IMG/VR virus record: IMGVR_UViG_3300020472_000038
Location: 1 to 52,228 of that record
DNA length: 52,228 nt
Reading direction: 5' to 3' (one strand)
DNA from: a virus
Lineage: Duplodnaviria > Caudoviricetes
In this document: positions 28,524 through 39,314 of the stretch, piece by piece
Position numbering within the stretch: the first letter of the stretch is position 1
Layout of the letters: every line of letters begins with the position of its first letter
The notes under the pieces: model-generated
What the model saw: the letters and a program-made list of their open reading frames with translations, nothing else
Database searches by the model: none
Told to the model about the DNA's origin: nothing
Program-made: the position numbers and the translations under genes

Positions 28524-30239
28524 ATGGCCGCTTTAGTAACTAACAAATTTCGTATTCATAACGCTAAACAATTTATAGAAGCGTTTGACGAGGTGTCATT
28601 TACATCTGGGGCAGCAGTCTCAGACTCTAGTGGACTCCTCAACTCAAATATGTATCTTTTTATAGGAAAAGTAACTGGATGGAGTGATGACGCAAGTCCA
28701 CCCACACCAACCGATTCCGTAGCAAACACACACTATGAGAATTGGCGTGATATGATTGCTGCGAAGAAAGTTACATCTTCAGATGTATCTCACGTTATTC
28801 CAAGAAAGAACTGGACTAATAATACAAACTATTTTGCTTATACTGATAATACAAATTCACTACATAGCCAAGATTTTTATGTAATGACAGGTGATTATAA
28901 TGTGTACAAATGTTTATCAAACAGCGATACAAATTCAGCTGGAGGTGCTGCGTCAACTTCTACTGTTAAACCAACTGGAACTGGAACAGCTATTATTTCA
29001 ACTGCAGATGGTTATAAGTGGAAGTTTATGTATCAGATTCCTGCTTCGGATGCATTAAAGTTTGTTACACCAAACTACATTCCAGTTGATACAGTAAGAC
29101 GATCAAATGGTTATCTTGCAAATACTTTCGACAACGCCCCAGGCCAAGTTCAGTTTGATGTTGAAACTGCAACTGCAGCATCTGGTGGTGGTAATGGTGC
29201 TATAGAAGTAGTTCATCTTACTACTAGAGGTTTACAATATCTTGGAGAAGTGGGTAATGTTTCATCAGTTACAAATACAACTACAGTCACAATTACTGGT
29301 AGTAGTCTTGGTGCTGATGATTGTATTGTAAATAATGACATATATTTCACAAGTGGAGATGCAGCTGGTGAAGGTGGAACTATTACAGATTATAATGGTA
29401 CAAGTAAAGTTGTAACATTTACACCAGCTATAACTGCTCCTTCAGCAACTGATGGGTATGCTATCGGGCCTAAGATTGTAATTTCTGGTGATGGCCAGGG
29501 TGCTAATGTTAGATGTACAGTCAATTCAACTGGTGGAATTAATGCAACAGCTATTATTTCGGGTGGAAACAATTATTCCAATGCATCAATTACTGTTGTT
29601 TCTAATGCTTCTCAATCAAACAGTTTTAATCCAAGTCCCACTGCAGTATTAACTCCAATTATAGGGCCAAAGGGGGGCCATGGTTCAGATGCAGTTCAAG
29701 AATTGGGTGGATTCTTTTGTCTTATTAATTCAAGACTTGAGTATTCGGAATCTAATAACTTTACTACCGATAACGATTTTCGTAAAGTTGGACTTCTTGC
29801 ACAACCTAAATTTTCAAATGGTGATTTTGCAAATACAACTGTAGTTGACCAAGCAACAGCGGCAGTCGTTAGTTCTTGGAACGGAACTGCGTTTGCAGTT
29901 GATGAATTGGTTACAGGTGCTACTTCTGGAGCTACAGGAAGAGTTGTTGATTTTACTGGTAACAATACTATAAGAATGACAGATATTATACCTTCAGGTA
30001 ATTCAACCACTGCTGGATATAATGGTATTTATGGTTACTTTACAAATACAGAAGTTATTGCTGCTAACACAGTAGGAAATGGTGGTTCTGGAGCTTCTGC
30101 TACAGCAAATGGTTCGGGTGCAGTAACTGGTGGAGATTTGGAAAGATTTTCGGGAGACATTATCTATGTAGAAAATAGATCTCCTATTTCAAGAGCAGAT
30201 GACCAAATTGAAGATATTAAGCTGATTATCGAATTCTAA
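28524..30239 (+). CDS. gp8: Baseplate wedge subunit
   Basis: MAALVTNKFRIHNA, YLFIGK, VIPRKNW, FYVM..DYNVYKCLSN, DGYKWKFMY, GGHGSDAVQELG, SGDIIYVENRSPISRA.DQIEDIKLIIEF. Confidence 0.95.
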   Translation: MAALVTNKFRIHNAKQFIEAFDEVSFTSGAAVSDSSGLLNSNMYLFIGKVTGWSDDASPPTPTDSVANTHYENWRDMIAAKKVTSSDVSHVIPRKNWTNNTNYFAYTDNTNSLHSQDFYVMTGDYNVYKCLSNSDTNSAGGAASTSTVKPTGTGTAIISTADGYKWKFMYQIPASDALKFVTPNYIPVDTVRRSNGYLANTFDNAPGQVQFDVETATAASGGGNGAIEVVHLTTRGLQYLGEVGNVSSVTNTTTVTITGSSLGADDCIVNNDIYFTSGDAAGEGGTITDYNGTSKVVTFTPAITAPSATDGYAIGPKIVISGDGQGANVRCTVNSTGGINATAIISGGNNYSNASITVVSNASQSNSFNPSPTAVLTPIIGPKGGHGSDAVQELGGFFCLINSRLEYSESNNFTTDNDFRKVGLLAQPKFSNGDFANTTVVDQATAAVVSSWNGTAFAVDELVTGATSGATGRVVDFTGNNTIRMTDIIPSGNSTTAGYNGIYGYFTNTEVIAANTVGNGGSGASATANGSGAVTGGDLERFSGDIIYVENRSPISRADDQIEDIKLIIEF

Positions 30240-30257
30240 TAATTTAGGAAAATTTAA

Positions 30258-33200
30258 ATGGCACTAACAACTAATTTTAACGCTGATCCGTATTATGACG
30301 ATTATAATCCAGATGATGCGTATTATCGTATTCTTTTCCGGCCAGGTTTCGCAGTTCAAGCAAGGGAAGTAACACAATTACAAACAATATTACAAAAACA
30401 AATTGAAAGGCATGGAGCTCATACTTTCCAAGATGGTAGTATTGTACTAGGGTGTGAGTTAAATTATGATAATAACATAAAAACGGTTCAGTTAGAAACA
30501 CAGTTTGCTGGCGCTGATATTACTATTGGAGATTTTGCAAATGGAATCGTAACTGGTGGAACATCTAATGCCAGAGCTGTAGTTGTTTCAACTGCTGCGA
30601 CCACAACAACAGATCAACCAGTTATAGTGGTTAACTATTTAAATAACAATACATTTCAAGATGGTGAAACTATTACGGTTGAGGGTACATCAACTCAAGC
30701 AAATTCTGTAAGTTCTACAGGAGCTGCTGGTATATCTACTGGTGCACAAACTAATGCTGCTGTTATAAGTTGTCAATCTGGTGTATTTTATGTTGGTGGT
30801 TACTTTGTTTTTAAAGAAGCAGAGTCTATTATTCTTGAAAAATTTTCAAGTACTCCATCTTACAGAATTGGATTTCAAGTTACAGAGTCTATAGTAACTT
30901 CTGATGTCGATGGTAATTTATTAGACCCAGCACAAGGTGCGTACAACTATGCTGCATCTGGTGCCAATCGTTTTAAGATTGCTTTAGGATTAAGTGCAAA
31001 AGCTTATACTGCGGAAGATCCAGTTGAAGCCGCAGCAGATGAAAACTTTTATCAATTATTAAAACTTAGTGATGGTGTAAAAATTGAAGAAACAAATTAT
31101 CCAATTTATTCAGATTTAGAAAAAACACTTGCAAGACGGACTTATGATGAATCTGGTGATTATACATTAACACCATTTAATCTAGAATTAAAAACACATC
31201 AAGGTATTACTGGAACTACTGCTAATTCTGGTTCAGCTGCAACATCTACACTTACTGGTAATGGAAGTAGTTTTGATACAGAATTAGAAGCAGGTGATGT
31301 GGTATTTCTTACTGGAAACACAGCTCAAACTGCAACTATTGCATCTATTACAAACTCTACAGTTGCTACTCTAAACAACTTTTCTGGTGGATCTGGAACA
31401 TTAGTTACAAGTACTTCTGGTCAAACGATTAAATTTGAAAGTAAATTTTCGGCTGGCCTTGACCCCGGCAAAGCTTATGTAAAAGGATACGAATACGAAA
31501 GTATTTCAACAAAATATGTTACTGTTGATAAGGGAAGAGACACACTAACAGTCAATTCTCATTCTTTAAGTACTGCTTACGGAAATAAATTAAATGTCAA
31601 ACAGGCAAATGGTTATTTTGATATTGCACGACATCAAATAGTAGATTTATATGTAGGGAATGTCGCCACTCAAAATGTTTCTGGTTCTGGTGATTCAGAT
31701 AGTGTTTATGGAACAACTTTTTCTACAAGAAATTCACAAACTAAAATTGGTACTGCAAGAGTTAGAGATGTAGACTTTTTGGCAGCATCAGGTAATACTG
31801 CAAATGTAACACATTCACAGTCTGATTATTCTTTATATCTTTATGATATAAGAACTGCAAATTCTAAAACTGGAACTGTTGCTGATACCCCAAGAGAAAT
31901 AAATGCTGGTTCAAATGCAAACACTGCAACTGATGGATTTATGCCAGTTTTTTCAAAAGATACAACATCTTCTACATTTGAACCAAGAAAAGATATAATA
32001 ACAATAGGTACTAACAAGTATGGTAATACATCTTCTGTTAATTATCTTACTGGTGGTGGATCAACAAATACTGCTTTTGCAAAATTAGCACAAGTATCGG
32101 GGGTGTATGAAGGTGCAACAATTACAATTGTAACTCCAAGTTTAAACAAGATGTTGGGGTTTGATAGTACATATACTGGTGTTTATGGTATTTCTTTAGA
32201 ACATAATGGTTATACATTAACAAATGAGTATGATAAATCACTCGGATCACTTTTGTTAGAAGATCAAACAACTGATGTATCAAATACTACTTATACTAGA
32301 AATGTTATTACTTACACATCAAATTCGGATGTTGCTATTGTTCAAGTAGATTCTGATATGACCCACCGGCCATATTTTTCAGCAAATTCTACAGGTGGTG
32401 CAGTATCTGGTGAATGTTCAACTTTTGAAGTTTCATTCCAAATTAAGGATATTGATTCTATTGCTGTAACTAGTACCTCAGCAAGAACTGCTCACGCCGA
32501 AGTTGATGAAACTTCACGATACAATAATGTTGTTACTGCAAATACTGTTTTAGAAAATACACAACTTAATTCGTTGTTATTTCCACTTCCAGATACACCA
32601 TTATCTCTTGCAAATAATATAACATATACTTACAAGTCTACAAAAAATCTTACAACTGATTCGGGAGGTGTAGTAACATTTTCTTTGAGTGGAACTGATA
32701 CTTTTACAGATCTTGGAACACCAATATCAGCTGCAAAAGCTGAAGAGAATTTTATAGTCGTTGTGAGTGATAAACAAAGTGATGCATCCAATTCTGTGTA
32801 CACTGCAGTTACTGATGGTCAGTATCTTAGTTTCAGTAATACAGACGGTGTTAGTAGAACTATAAATGTAGCTTCTACTTCTGCAGTTATTGACTGTAAT
32901 ACAACATCAGCTATTAAACTTTCAGTTGCATACACTGCAAAGAAAGTTGCATTAACTGGTTCTGGTAAAACTAAAGCTATAGTTGGTGGAATTGTGAATA
33001 CTGCGTATAACAATTCAAATACTGGTGGTGCAAACAACATTCATACTTGGTCACCAAAAGGACAATATTTTGTGGATGCTCCATCAAGAATTACAGGAGT
33101 TAAAATTGATCTTCCTGTTTATGATGTATTTAATTTAATTAGAGTTGTTGATTCGGGATCTTTAACTGTTGATGTGTCTAATTCTATGATGATAGCTTCT

Positions 33201-36200
33201 GCAAATGATATTACATCTTCATATTCTTTAGATACAGGTCAAACGGATAACTTTTATGGGCATGCTTCAGTTCAATTAAGGCCTGGGAAAACTCCACCTA
33301 CTGGTAAAATCTGTATCGTATTTGACAGATTTACTCATTCTGGCTCAGGATTTTTAACAGTTAATTCCTATATGAGTCAAATTGGTGCTAATATTCATGG
33401 AAGAAATAGTGATAATTCAAGGTATAATGCTAATTCCAAAATATTTACTTATGGTGATATTCCAAAATATACAAGTCCAATAAGTGGTTCAGAGACTAGA
33501 CTCACAGATGTTATAGATTGGCGACCCTATGTTCAAGATGATACTCATGATGGAACTACTGCAACCACATACTATATTGCTAATAATACTGATGCTATAG
33601 CAAACTCCACTATTCTTCTTCCAGATTCAGATACAGAAGCAACTCTGGATTATTCTTATTATGTTCCAAGAATAGATAAATTAACTCTTACAAGAGACAG
33701 AACATTTGAAATTATCAAGGGGGTAGCTTCGTCTGATCCTGTTGCTCCACCAGATTCAGAAGATTCCATGACACTTTATACATTGGGAATTCCTGCATAC
33801 ACATTTTCTCTTACAGATATTGAAACACGATACATTGATAATAAGCGTTATACTATGAGAGATGTTGGAAAATTAGAAAAAAGAATTGAAAGAATGGAGT
33901 ATTATACATCTCTCAATCTCTTGGAAATAGAAACAGCTGCAAGAGACATATCTTCTGATATTGATAAAGATTCTCTTTTAAATAGTACAGGTGCAAGATT
34001 CAAGAATGGTATTTTAATTGACCCTTTTGCTGGTCATTCAATCGGTGATGTTGCATTAGATGATTACAAAGCTTCAATCAATTTTAGACAGAAAAAATTA
34101 AGGGCTCCATTTTACTCTGACAATTTTAAATTTACATACGACGCAACAACTAGTAATAATACTGTAAAAACTGGTGATCTTATTACTTTACCTTATACAA
34201 ATAGTGCACTAATTGATCAACCATTATATTCTGGATCTTATTCTATTAATCCATTTAATATAACAAACTATATTGGTAATGTTAAACTTGATCCACCATC
34301 TGATACTTGGTATGATGATACAACTAGACCATCTGTTATTACAAATTTAGAAGGACATCATGATAATTGGGTATTAAGCCCTAGTGATGGAAGAGTGGGA
34401 TTTGGTTCTCAATGGAATGATTGGTCTGTAAACTGGTCGGGAGAACAAATTAATCCAGAACCGCAATCTGCAATATCAAATGGTGGTGCATCAGTTATTA
34501 GTACACGAAGTACGAAAACAATTTCACAAAATAAAACAAAATTTGGAGTTCAAGCAGATAATCCAGTTGAAACTATTGTTAAGTCAGTTGGAAATCGTAC
34601 TGTTGATATGAGTGTAATTCCTTATGTCAGGTCACAGAGAGTATCATTTGCAGCAAAAGGATTAAAACCCTTTACAAATGTATATGTGTATATTGGAAGT
34701 ACTGATGTAGCTGCAAACACAGAACCTGCAAAGAAAATAGTTTTTAGTGCTGCTAATGGAGCATTTCAAGAAGGTGAGGTGGTTAAGGATAGTGCTAACA
34801 ATCAAGGTATAGTTAGAATTGCATCTAATACCGTTAGTAATGTTGCTACTATTTTTATTACTGACATTACTGGAAACACAAGTGCAACTTTGGCAAGTCC
34901 AGTAACATCACAAAATAATAGAGCTACAAATTCTTCTATAGGATTTGCTGCTGCAAATGTAATTACTGGACAAACTACAGGAGCAAATGGAACTATTAGT
35001 TCTATTGTAGCAAATTCAAGAGGACTTGGTACAACTTCTAAAATGCAAACTGATGGTAATGGTACGATTGCGGGTGATATAGACATTGTTTCTGGAACAT
35101 TCAGAACTGGTGATAGACTTATCAGAATAACAGACCATGCAAATAATGAACTTGCAAGTACGACAACTGTTGCTGAGGAATTGTTTAAAGCTAAAGGTCT
35201 TTTTCAAACCAGAGAAAAATTAGCAGTGTCAACAAGAGAAGTTTTATCTCGTAGAGAATCTTTAACTAGTGAAGACATCGTAGTTGATTCTTCTACTAGG
35301 CAGTCTGGTGTATCAAATTATCTTAATCCGTTATCACAGACATTTTTTATTGAACCAAATAATTATCCAATGGGAGTGTTTCTCAAGCATGTAAGTTTAT
35401 ATTTCTCTACAAAGGATTCTAATCTTCCTGTTACTGTACAGATCAGACCAGTTGTAAAAGGAATTCCAAGTGCTTCACATATTATTCCATTTTCTGAAAA
35501 AACATTAAATCCAGATAGTATTACAGCTAATACTTCAACTCCCAGTGCTACAACTTTTATATTTGACTCACCAGTATATTTAGCTACAGGAGAATACGCA
35601 TTAACTGTATTATCTAATAGTTCTCAATCTAAACTTTGGTCTGCAAAAGTAGGAGAAAATAGTTCTGGAACTACTCGTATAATTACACATCAACCATTTG
35701 TAGGAAAACTTTTTGGGCCGTCTAACGCAGGAACTTGGGCCGAAGATACTGGAAGAAGTTTGATGTTTAATTTAGTTAGATGTAATTTTACTGGAACTGG
35801 TGGAGTTAACAACTACGCCGTGTTTAGTTCTCACGCAAATGGAGCAGTTGGTAATACTGCTAATGTGTTGTATCAAACTTTTAAGACAACATCTTCTACT
35901 ATAGATTTTAGTAATACTAATGTAGATTATCAATTTAAATCTTATGATACTACTAATACTGCAGTAGATTATACAAATTTTAGTACAGATCAAAATATTA
36001 TACTAAAAAGTGGAAGACAAATGACTTCAAGCACAAATGGTATGTTTTTAGTCAACGCATCTATGTCAACATCAAATAGTCATGTGTCACCAATTATTGA
36101 CCTTGACCGATTAAGTGTAATAACAATTGATAATGATATAGATAATGCAGGAATTTCTGCAAACGACATTATAATAACTACAAAAGGATCTGGTTATACT

Positions 36201-37193
36201 AACACTGCTGCAGCAGCTTATTCTGGATCAATTTCAGCACCTGACCTTACAGATGGAACTACTGCAACAGTTAATGTTCAAGTAGAAGTTACTTTATCTG
36301 TTAACACTGCATCTGCAATCTCATCTAACGCAATTATTTCCTCAAACTCAGATTATACAGTCAACGCAAGTGCTGCTGGTCAGTTTGTAGTTGGTGAAGG
36401 TGTAAGAATTGTAGCAAATACTGCAGGTGGAGAAGTTTCACAATCTGAACAATCTGGTGATGCAGCTCATGGAATAATTACAGGACAAACTTTTGTGGGA
36501 AGTGATTCTTCTAAAAACGTAGCAACTATTACAATCAAGACAAGTTCAAATAATGAAGGACACTTTCAAAATGGTGTTATTGTATTTTCGGACAGTACAG
36601 CTCAGGATGGTGATCACACAAATTCTCAAGTTTCTGTAGGATCTAATACATTTATGGCTGTAAATGTAGTAACTGGTGTTGTGGCAAATGTTGTTCCAAT
36701 TGAAACTGGTTCTGGATATTTAACAACTCCTACAGTTACATTGTCTACTAACGCAACCACAAATGCTGTTGCAAATATAGTTGGTGAAGATTCTGCGAGT
36801 GGTGGTAATATTAATGCTAAATATATTTCTCGTCGCGTAACTTTAGAAGATGGATTTGATGCATCTGATTTAAAAGTTATACTGAATACCTATAAACCTT
36901 TAGGAACAGATGTTCATCTTTATTATAAAGTAAAAGGTGAAACTGATCCAGTAGATTTTGACACAAGGGAATATGTTCTAATGACTCAAGAAACTCCTAG
37001 TTCAGTATATTCTGGTAGTGAGGATGATATTAAAGAGTTCATATACAAAACCTCTGGTGAAGAAACAAAGTACACTTCAAATAATGTAAATTATGATACA
37101 TTTAAAACCTTCTCAGTCAAAGCTGTAATGACTTCTAACAATGTAACTATAGTTCCAAAAGTTAGAGATATAAGAATAATAGCATTAGATTAA
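30258..37193 (+). CDS. Large virion structural protein, VrlC/DUF4815-like, 2311 aa
   Basis: TNFNADPYYDDY, YYRILFRPGFAVQARE.TQLQ, LARRTYDESGDY, GKAYVKGYE, NKRYTMRDVGKLEKRIER.EYYTSL.LLE, PLSQTF, PKVRDIRIIAL. Confidence 0.9.
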   Translation: MALTTNFNADPYYDDYNPDDAYYRILFRPGFAVQAREVTQLQTILQKQIERHGAHTFQDGSIVLGCELNYDNNIKTVQLETQFAGADITIGDFANGIVTGGTSNARAVVVSTAATTTTDQPVIVVNYLNNNTFQDGETITVEGTSTQANSVSSTGAAGISTGAQTNAAVISCQSGVFYVGGYFVFKEAESIILEKFSSTPSYRIGFQVTESIVTSDVDGNLLDPAQGAYNYAASGANRFKIALGLSAKAYTAEDPVEAAADENFYQLLKLSDGVKIEETNYPIYSDLEKTLARRTYDESGDYTLTPFNLELKTHQGITGTTANSGSAATSTLTGNGSSFDTELEAGDVVFLTGNTAQTATIASITNSTVATLNNFSGGSGTLVTSTSGQTIKFESKFSAGLDPGKAYVKGYEYESISTKYVTVDKGRDTLTVNSHSLSTAYGNKLNVKQANGYFDIARHQIVDLYVGNVATQNVSGSGDSDSVYGTTFSTRNSQTKIGTARVRDVDFLAASGNTANVTHSQSDYSLYLYDIRTANSKTGTVADTPREINAGSNANTATDGFMPVFSKDTTSSTFEPRKDIITIGTNKYGNTSSVNYLTGGGSTNTAFAKLAQVSGVYEGATITIVTPSLNKMLGFDSTYTGVYGISLEHNGYTLTNEYDKSLGSLLLEDQTTDVSNTTYTRNVITYTSNSDVAIVQVDSDMTHRPYFSANSTGGAVSGECSTFEVSFQIKDIDSIAVTSTSARTAHAEVDETSRYNNVVTANTVLENTQLNSLLFPLPDTPLSLANNITYTYKSTKNLTTDSGGVVTFSLSGTDTFTDLGTPISAAKAEENFIVVVSDKQSDASNSVYTAVTDGQYLSFSNTDGVSRTINVASTSAVIDCNTTSAIKLSVAYTAKKVALTGSGKTKAIVGGIVNTAYNNSNTGGANNIHTWSPKGQYFVDAPSRITGVKIDLPVYDVFNLIRVVDSGSLTVDVSNSMMIASANDITSSYSLDTGQTDNFYGHASVQLRPGKTPPTGKICIVFDRFTHSGSGFLTVNSYMSQIGANIHGRNSDNSRYNANSKIFTYGDIPKYTSPISGSETRLTDVIDWRPYVQDDTHDGTTATTYYIANNTDAIANSTILLPDSDTEATLDYSYYVPRIDKLTLTRDRTFEIIKGVASSDPVAPPDSEDSMTLYTLGIPAYTFSLTDIETRYIDNKRYTMRDVGKLEKRIERMEYYTSLNLLEIETAARDISSDIDKDSLLNSTGARFKNGILIDPFAGHSIGDVALDDYKASINFRQKKLRAPFYSDNFKFTYDATTSNNTVKTGDLITLPYTNSALIDQPLYSGSYSINPFNITNYIGNVKLDPPSDTWYDDTTRPSVITNLEGHHDNWVLSPSDGRVGFGSQWNDWSVNWSGEQINPEPQSAISNGGASVISTRSTKTISQNKTKFGVQADNPVETIVKSVGNRTVDMSVIPYVRSQRVSFAAKGLKPFTNVYVYIGSTDVAANTEPAKKIVFSAANGAFQEGEVVKDSANNQGIVRIASNTVSNVATIFITDITGNTSATLASPVTSQNNRATNSSIGFAAANVITGQTTGANGTISSIVANSRGLGTTSKMQTDGNGTIAGDIDIVSGTFRTGDRLIRITDHANNELASTTTVAEELFKAKGLFQTREKLAVSTREVLSRRESLTSEDIVVDSSTRQSGVSNYLNPLSQTFFIEPNNYPMGVFLKHVSLYFSTKDSNLPVTVQIRPVVKGIPSASHIIPFSEKTLNPDSITANTSTPSATTFIFDSPVYLATGEYALTVLSNSSQSKLWSAKVGENSSGTTRIITHQPFVGKLFGPSNAGTWAEDTGRSLMFNLVRCNFTGTGGVNNYAVFSSHANGAVGNTANVLYQTFKTTSSTIDFSNTNVDYQFKSYDTTNTAVDYTNFSTDQNIILKSGRQMTSSTNGMFLVNASMSTSNSHVSPIIDLDRLSVITIDNDIDNAGISANDIIITTKGSGYTNTAAAAYSGSISAPDLTDGTTATVNVQVEVTLSVNTASAISSNAIISSNSDYTVNASAAGQFVVGEGVRIVANTAGGEVSQSEQSGDAAHGIITGQTFVGSDSSKNVATITIKTSSNNEGHFQNGVIVFSDSTAQDGDHTNSQVSVGSNTFMAVNVVTGVVANVVPIETGSGYLTTPTVTLSTNATTNAVANIVGEDSASGGNINAKYISRRVTLEDGFDASDLKVILNTYKPLGTDVHLYYKVKGETDPVDFDTREYVLMTQETPSSVYSGSEDDIKEFIYKTSGEETKYTSNNVNYDTFKTFSVKAVMTSNNVTIVPKVRDIRIIALD

Positions 37194-37195
37194 CG

Positions 37196-37432
37196 ATGGA
37201 AGTAATTCAAACAGAAGATCCTAGTTTTGTTAGAGATTTACATTCAAAAGCACTTATAAACACAGATAGAGTTGCTCTTGAGAATCATCGTAAAAAAAGA
37301 CAAATAGAAATTCAACGAGCTCAAAGATGGCAACAGATGGAAATTAAAGTAGAAGAATTAAATAATATGAAAAATGAAATCCTTGAGATAAAAGGTCTTC
37401 TCCAAAAATTACTTACTAAAAAGGAGTTGTAA
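37196..37432 (+). CDS. Small hypothetical protein with C-terminal coiled coil
   Basis: VRDLHSKALINTD...MKNEILEIKGLLQKL, pattern typical of the gene following VrlC-like genes in marine T4-like phages. Confidence 0.8.
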   Translation: MEVIQTEDPSFVRDLHSKALINTDRVALENHRKKRQIEIQRAQRWQQMEIKVEELNNMKNEILEIKGLLQKLLTKKEL

Positions 37433-37435
37433 TAA

Positions 37436-39235
37436 ATGTCAGCTCATGTATTATTATCAGACACCTTTGACCAATGGCGGATGAAAACTAATGAGTGGTT
37501 GTCTATGACAAACTCCGCTGGTTCCTCATGTTCCATTAAATTACTTGATACAACCAATTCTACAAGTAATACTACAGGTTCAATAACAACAGCTGGTGGT
37601 ATGGGTCTTGGTTCAAGTGCGACTATTGGTGGAAATTTAACTCTTCACGGCCGTACAGATCTTAAAAATACAGTAAATTTTAAAGAAATAATTCGTACAC
37701 TATCAGAAGATGCGGATGACTTTGATCATCTTCTTTTAGAAGATGGTTCAACCGTTGATCCCAATGCTTCAATTGAAGGTTATGCATTAATAGAACTTCC
37801 CAATTATGTTGATATTGATGGTGCTGTACAAATTGATGGTTCTGTAACAGTCGGTGTAGATGGTACTGGTAGAGATGTTCTTTTTTTTGGTGATACTTCT
37901 GCACAATATATGTTATGGGATGAGTCAGCAGATGAGTTAGTTTTAGCTGGTGACACAAAACTGTCATTTCATGATGGAGCTGGTGGAGAAAATATCATTG
38001 CCCCCGCAGATGGACATTTAGAAGTCAATGTAGGAACAACTCTTGATATTACGGCACCCACAGTAGATATTAATGCAACAACTCTTAATGTTGATGGTGA
38101 AACTCAACTTACTGGTGCAGTAATAGTCGGTGTAGATGATACTGGATATGATGTAAAGTTTTTTGGTGCTACTTCTGGACAATATATGTTATGGGATGAA
38201 GATGCAGATGAATTAGTTTTAACAGGTGATACTAAATTATCTTTCCATGATGCAGCAGGTGATGAAAATATCATTGCCACTTCAGATGGTCATTTAGAGA
38301 TCAATGCAGGAACAACTTTAGACATTACAGCTCCCACAGTAGATATTAATGCAAGTACAGCTGTTAATGTTGATGGTACATCACAAATTAATGGTGCCTT
38401 AACAGTCGGTTCAGATGGTTCAGGTCATGATGTTAAGTTTTTTGGTGCGACTGCTAGTGCTTATATGATATATGATGCATCATCAAATGATTTAGAACTA
38501 GCTGGATCAGCAGTTTTAAGTATAGACAGTACTACAGACGCTACTGGAACAACAGATGGTTCATTTCACACAGATGGTGGTGTTGGTATAGCTAAAAAAT
38601 TGTATGTTGGAACAGATTTAGATGTAAATGGTACGGCAAATTTAGATGCAGTAGACATAGATGGAGCAGTACAGATTGATGGTACTGTAACAGTAGGTGT
38701 AGATAACACAGGGTATGATGTTAAATTTTTCGGTGCTTCTGCTGGTGCATTTATGTTGTGGGATGAATCAGAGGATACTCTTGAGATTCGTGGCCCATCG
38801 GCTGATGCAACTACAAGTACTGGTAAATTAAAATTATCAACTTCACTTACAGATATAAATGATGGTGATATATTAGGTAGTATTGGTTTTAAGGCTCCAT
38901 TAGAAGCAGGTTCGGGAGATGCGATATTAGTTGGTGCTTCGATATTTGCTGAAGCTGACGCAACATTTTCTTCATCAGTTAATTCAACTGATTTGGTGTT
39001 TGCTACAGGAGATTCTGCTGCTGCATCGGAAAAATTTAGAATCGACAGTACAGGTGTATGTACTTTTGCAGATGGTGCAATTGATGTAGATATTGCAAGT
39101 CATGATGGAACTAATGGATTAAAGTTAGGTGGAACACTCGTTACAGCTTTAGCAAAGGATTTAAATTCTATTCCTAACGAAGTAAATTTAGGCCAGTGTG
39201 CTGCCTTTTCTATTGTTTTTGCACCGCCAGGATAA
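37436..39235 (+). CDS. Putative tail/virion fibre protein, paralogue 1 (599 aa)
   Basis: N-terminal DTFDQWR.KTNE; VGVDxTGxDVKFFG...WDESADEL repeats; AAGGAG RBS. Confidence 0.75.
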   Translation: MSAHVLLSDTFDQWRMKTNEWLSMTNSAGSSCSIKLLDTTNSTSNTTGSITTAGGMGLGSSATIGGNLTLHGRTDLKNTVNFKEIIRTLSEDADDFDHLLLEDGSTVDPNASIEGYALIELPNYVDIDGAVQIDGSVTVGVDGTGRDVLFFGDTSAQYMLWDESADELVLAGDTKLSFHDGAGGENIIAPADGHLEVNVGTTLDITAPTVDINATTLNVDGETQLTGAVIVGVDDTGYDVKFFGATSGQYMLWDEDADELVLTGDTKLSFHDAAGDENIIATSDGHLEINAGTTLDITAPTVDINASTAVNVDGTSQINGALTVGSDGSGHDVKFFGATASAYMIYDASSNDLELAGSAVLSIDSTTDATGTTDGSFHTDGGVGIAKKLYVGTDLDVNGTANLDAVDIDGAVQIDGTVTVGVDNTGYDVKFFGASAGAFMLWDESEDTLEIRGPSADATTSTGKLKLSTSLTDINDGDILGSIGFKAPLEAGSGDAILVGASIFAEADATFSSSVNSTDLVFATGDSAAASEKFRIDSTGVCTFADGAIDVDIASHDGTNGLKLGGTLVTALAKDLNSIPNEVNLGQCAAFSIVFAPPG

Positions 39236-39258
39236 TTTTTTTATTTTAACTATAACAA

Positions 39259-39266
39259 CATAAATA
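39259..39266 (+). promoter_or_regulatory. Late promoter variant CATAAATA
   Basis: Intergenic, upstream of fibre paralogue 2. Confidence 0.5.
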
Positions 39267-39314
39267 AATTAGAAAACTAATTTAAGACTATTTAACAACA
39301 AGGAATTATAATAA